A stretch of 64,000 nucleotides of DNA from Eledone cirrhosa (taxonomy: Eukaryota): contig OZ024743.1 of the NCBI GenBank assembly GCA_964016885.1, forward strand, positions 298,840,001-298,904,000. Reading direction: 5' to 3'. This document shows positions 60,501-64,000 of the stretch, piece by piece (positions within the stretch are counted from its first letter, which is position 1; every line of letters begins with the position of its first letter). A program made the position numbers and the translations under genes. The notes beneath the pieces were generated by a model. The model was not told where the DNA came from. It did no database searches and saw only the letters and a list, made by a program, of their open reading frames with translations.

Positions 60501-63500
60501 ACAGACCACAACACTAACATCCTCTATAACAACTAAAGACAATAGCAGCAATAGTCATAACCACAACAACACCTTCAACAGCAACAGACCACAACACTAA
60601 CATCCTCTATGACAGCTAAAGACAATAGCAGCCATAGTAATAACCACAACAACACCTTCAACAGCAACAGACCACACCACTAACACCCTCTATAACAACT
60701 AAAGACAATAGCAGCAATAGTAATAACCACAACAACACCTTCAACAGCAACAGACCACAACACTAACATCCTCTATAACAACTAAAGACAATAGCAGCAA
60801 TAGTAATAACCACAACAACACCTTCAACAGCAACAGACCACAACACTAACATCCTCTATAACAACTAAAGACAATAGCAGCAATAGTAATAACCACAACA
60901 ACACCTTAAACAGCAACAGACCACACCACTAACATCCTCTATAACAACTAAAGACAATACCAGCAATAGTAATAAGCACAACAACACCTTCAACAGCAAC
61001 ATACCACAACACTAACATCCTCTATAACAACTAAAGACAATAGCAGAATAGTAATAACGACAACAACACCTTCAACAGCAACATACCACACCACTAACAT
61101 CCTCTATAACAACTAAAGACAATACCAGCAATAGTAATAACCACAAAACCTTCAACAGCAACATACCACACCACTAACATCCTCTATAACAACTAAAGAC
61201 AATTGCAGCAATAGTAATAACCACAACAACACCTTCAACAGCAACATACCACACCACTAACATCCTCTATAACAACTAAAGACAATACCAGCAATAGTAA
61301 TAACCACAACAACACCTTCAACAGCAACATACCACACCACTAACATCCTCTATAACAACTAAAGACAATAGCAGCAATAGTAATAACCACAACAACATCT
61401 TCAACAGCAACATACCACACCACTAACATCCTCTATAACAACTAAAGACAATACCAGCAATAGTAATAACCACAACAACACCTTCAACAGCAACATACCA
61501 CACCACTAACATCCTCTATAACAACTAAAGACAATAGCAGCTATAGTAATAACCACAACAACACCTTCAACAGCAACAGACCACAACACTAACAACCTCT
61601 ATAACAACTAATGACAATAGCAGCAATAGTAATAACCACAACAACACCTTCAACAGCAACATACCACAACACTAACATCCTCTATAACAACTAAAGACAA
61701 TAGCAGCAATAGTAATAACCACAACAACACCTTCAACAGCAACATACCACAACACTAACATCCTCTATAACAACTAAAGACAATACCAGCAATAGTAATA
61801 ACCACCACAACACCTTCAACAGCAACATACCACAACACTAATATCCTCTATATCAACTAAAGACAATACCAGCAATAGTAATAACCACAACAACACCTTC
61901 AACAGCAACATACCACAACACTAACATCCTCTATAACAACTAAAGACAATACCAGCAATAGTAATAACCACAACAACACCTTCAACAGCAACATACCACA
62001 CCACTAACATCCTCTATCACAACTAAAGACAATACCAGCAATAGTAATAACCACAACAACACCATCAACAGCAACATACCACACCACTAACACACTCTAT
62101 AACAACTAAAGACAATAGCAGCAATAGTAATAACCACAAGAACACCTTCAACAGCAACATACCACACCACTAACATCCTCTATAACAACTAAAGACAATA
62201 GCAGCAATAGTAATAACCACAACAACACCTTCAACAGCAACATACCACACCACTAACATCCTCTATAACAACTAAAGACAATACCAGCAATAGTAATAAC
62301 CACAACAACACCTTCAACAGCAAAATACCACACCACTAACATCCTCTATAACAACTAAAGACAATAGCAGCAATAGTAATAACCACAACAACACCTTCAA
62401 CAGCAGCATACCACACCACTAACATCCTCTATAACAACTAAAGACAATACCAGCAATAGTAATAACCACAACAACACCTTCAACAACAACATACCACAAC
62501 ACTAACATCCTCTATAACAACTAAAGACAATAGCAGCAATATTTATAACCACAACAACACCTTCAACAGCAACATACCACAACATTAACATCCTCTATAA
62601 CAACTAAAGACAATACCAGCAATAGTAATAAGCACAACAACACCTTCAACAGCAACATACCACAAAACTAACATCCTCTATAACAACTAAAGACAATAGC
62701 AGCAATAGTCATAACCACAACAACACCTTCAACAGCAACAGACCACAACACTAACATCCTCTATGACAGCTAAAGACAATAGCAGCCATAGTAATAACCA
62801 CAACAACACCTTCAACAGCAACATACCACAACACTAACATCCTCTACAACAACTAAAGACAATACCGGCAATAGTAATAACCACAACAACACCTTCAACA
62901 GCAGCATACCACACCACTAACATCCTCTATAACAACTAAAGACAATAGCAGCAATAATAATAACCACAACAACACCTTCAACAGCAACAGACCACAACAC
63001 TAACATCCTCTATAACAACTAAAGACAATACCAGCAATAGTAATAACCACAACAACACCTTCAACAGCAACATACCACACCACTAACATCCTCTATAACA
63101 ACTAAAGACAATAGCAGCAATAGTAATAACCACAACAACATCTTCAACAGCAACATAACACACCACTAACATCCTCTATAACAACTAAAGACAATACCAG
63201 CAATAGTAATAACCACAACAACACCTTCAAAAGCAACATACCACACCACTAACATCCTCTATAACAACTAAAGACAATAGCAGCTATAGTAATAACCACA
63301 ACAACACCTTCAACAGCAACATACCACAACACTAACATCCTCTATAACAACTAAAGACAATAGCAGCAATAGTAATAACCACAAAAACACCTTCAACAGC
63401 AAAATACCACACCACTAACATCCTCTATAACAACTAAAGACAATACCAGCAATAGTAATAACCACAACAACACATTCAACAGCAACATACCACACCACTG

Positions 63501-64000
63501 ACATCCTCTATAACAACTAAAGACAATAGCAGCAATAGTAATAACCACAACAACACCTTCAACAGCAACATACCACAACAGTAACATCCTCTATAGCAAC
63601 TAAAGACAATAGCAGCAATAGCAATAACCACAACAACACCTTCAACAGCAACAGACCACAACACTAACATCCTCTATAACAATTAAAGACAATAGCAGCA
63701 ATAGTAATAACCACAACAACACCTTCAACAGCAACATACCACAACAGTAACATCCTCTATAGCAACTAAAGACAATAGCAGCAATAGCAATAACCACAAC
63801 AACACCTTCAACAGCAACAGACCACAACACTAACATCCTCTATAACAACTAAAGACAATAGCAGCAATAGTAATAACCACAACAACACCTTCAACAGCAA
63901 CAGACCACAACACTAACATCCTCTATAACAACTAAAGACAATACCAGCAATAGTAATAACCACAACAACACCTTCAACAGCAACAGGCCACAACACTAAC
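45600..64000. repeat. Satellite sub-domain C, with a higher-order period of about 3.0-3.4 kb
   Basis: Markers seen only here are TTCAATACAAC (-1 bp), GCAGAATAGTAATAACGAC (-1 bp), AACATCTTCAAC, CTATAGCAAC, ACACACTCT, AGTTATAAC and ACAACCCTAAC. Offsets are 3397 (46787/50184), 3314 (50184/53498), 2984 (54774/57758) and 5635 (57758/63393). Confidence 0.75.
54930..55360. repeat. Local run of five consecutive monomers carrying the rare ACAGTAAC variant
   Basis: AGTAAC occurs at 54961, 55044, 55127, 55210 and 55293 at exact 83-bp spacing, and four of the five are paired with AATTAAAG. Elsewhere this variant occurs singly or in alternate monomers. Confidence 0.85.

Larger units (their letters stand above)
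1..64000. repeat. 83-bp tandem satellite array, about 770 head-to-tail monomers in one orientation, running off both window ends
   Basis: Monomer 1-83 (AATAGCAGCA...AACTAAATAC) recurs at 84 and onward to the last base. ORF-track coordinates step in multiples of 83 (54774, 54857, 54940, 55023, 55106, 55189). Monomers typically differ from consensus by 0-4 substitutions. Copy number is estimated as 64000/83. Confidence 0.99.

Noticed and set aside
6885-63836. More than 50 minus-strand ORFs of 62-78 aa, hydrophobic and Cys-rich (MLVLWSVAVEGVVVV...VVCCC), resembling a small membrane peptide or toxin family
   Set aside because: They are translations of the satellite itself. Each spans about 2.3 monomers and they overlap each other at 83-bp offsets. 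They appear only where CACTAAC is mutated (CACAAAC, CAATAAC, CAGTAAC, CACTGAC), which removes a minus-strand TAG. Val/Leu/Cys richness follows from the G/T-rich strand, and there is no unique flanking or regulatory context.
1-64000. CRISPR-like repeat-spacer array
   Set aside because: There are no unique spacers. The entire 83-bp unit is repeated, variation is limited to SNPs and small indels, and there is no palindromic repeat, leader or cas gene.
1-64000. Intact giant mucin or adhesin coding repeat on the + strand (standard code)
   Set aside because: 83 is not a multiple of 3, and the + strand 83-codon cycle contains multiple TAA/TAG stops, so no long ORF exists.
1-64000. Canonical telomerase repeats or strong G-quadruplex motifs on the minus strand
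   Set aside because: Only TTAGTG/TTAGTT-like words occur, with no tandem TTAGG or TTAGGG. Consensus G-runs are doublets separated by long loops.
1-64000. Embedded transposon, inversion, tRNA/rRNA gene or unique island
   Set aside because: Reading through the window, every line conformed to the 83-bp monomer in the same orientation. I saw no non-repeat segment.
1-64000. Array is a sequencing concatemer or synthetic artefact
   Set aside because: Rare variants, including 1-bp indels, recur in ordered, hierarchically nested blocks with consistent offsets, which random read error would not produce. Individual duplications could still be misassembled.

Overview
The whole 64 kb window is one uninterrupted, head-to-tail tandem satellite array, with neither end visible. 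The monomer is 83 bp and there are about 770 copies. The consensus in window phase 1 is AATA[G/C]CAGCAATAGTAATAACCACAACAACACCTTCAACAGCAACA[T/G]ACCACA[A/C]CACTAACATCCTCTATAACAACTAAAGAC. It is about 36% GC and strongly strand-asymmetric (40 A, 25 C, 13 T, 5 G per monomer on +). I found no unique sequence, inversion, transposon, RNA gene, CRISPR spacer or credible protein gene. The roughly 64-aa minus-strand ORFs are repeat artefacts that appear wherever a SNP removes one recurrent TAG. The informative signal is in the monomer variants. They show (i) three high-frequency biallelic sites, (ii) an irregular higher-order repeat of about 30-41 monomers, and (iii) nested recent duplications at offsets of 1820, 2721, 3319, 3397, 4973/4976, 5632, 6870/7119 and 7953/8036 bp. 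They also show (iv) three sub-domains with distinct marker sets, (v) short tracts shared over long range between domains, and (vi) a patchwork zone whose junctions carry private mutations. I cannot assign an organism or a named satellite family, and I see no direct evidence of a new protein-encoded system. Centromeric, telomeric and coding-derived interpretations are inference only.
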